From Octopus bimaculoides (lineage: Eukaryota), in assembly GCF_001194135.2 (NCBI RefSeq), contig NC_068991.1, positions 18,075,275-18,139,274 of the forward strand: 64,000 nt of DNA. The letters run 5' to 3'. The position numbers were made by a program, and so were the translations under genes. The notes under the pieces were generated by a model. It ran no database searches. It had not been told where the DNA came from and saw only the letters and a list, made by a program, of their open reading frames with translations. Positions 63,737 to 64,000 of this stretch are shown here, one piece after another; position 1 is the stretch's first letter; each line of letters begins with the position of its first letter.

Positions 63737-64000
63737 AAGCCTTTGACAGGGTCCCCCGATCCCTTATCTGGTGGTCAATGAGGAAACTTGGGATAGAAGA
63801 ATGGTTAGTGAGAGCTGTGCGAGCCATGTACAGAGATGCTGCCAGTAAGGTGAGGGTTGGAAATGAGTACAGCAATGAATTCCGGGTAGAGGTAGGGGTC
63901 CACCAAGGTTCCGTCCTCAGCCCCCTATTATTTACCATAGTCCTCCAGGCAATCACAGAGGAGTTCAAGACAGGTTGCCCCTGGGAGCTCCTCTATGCTG
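63737..64000 (+). mobile_element. 5'-truncated RTE-clade LINE, reverse-transcriptase frame open to window end
   Basis: From 63739: AFDRVPRSLIWWSMRKLGIEEWLVRAVRAMYRDAASKVRVGNEYSNEFRVEVGVHQGSVLSPLLFTIVLQAITEEFKTGCPWELLYA; 87 codons, no stops or frameshifts. Confidence 0.92.

Overview
AT-rich, microsatellite- and SINE-dense animal genomic DNA. The repeat content and (TA)n-flanked N gaps suggest a scaffold from a coleoid cephalopod, probably Octopus (inferred). Three intron-containing genes are supported. (1) RPS6KC1/SNX15-family gene on the minus strand: only the first coding exon (9039-9143, start of a PX domain) is visible and the rest runs off the left edge. (2) Complete 5-exon ARL2 on the plus strand (9698-16672, 184 aa), head-to-head with gene 1; its first intron has U12-type (minor spliceosome) signals. 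(3) AKT/PKB on the minus strand: seven exons covering the kinase domain and C-tail (45618 down to 34484). I found no PH-domain or linker exons, so they probably lie beyond 64000. The rest is tRNA-derived SINEs, RTE-clade LINE fragments (one apparently young), hAT- and piggyBac-like MITEs, a decayed DD37D mariner and several foldback elements. Best leads: an AKT C-tail lacking the mTORC2 TIM site but carrying two turn-motif-like TPP sites; a FOXO-element cluster beside a CpG-rich patch in the large AKT intron; the ARL2 minor intron; probable ancient ARL2-SNX15/RPS6KC1 linkage; and two ARL2 substitutions that A-to-I editing would revert. No prokaryotic systems, CRISPR arrays, rRNA or true tRNA genes were seen. 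Most ORFs in the supplied track are artefacts.
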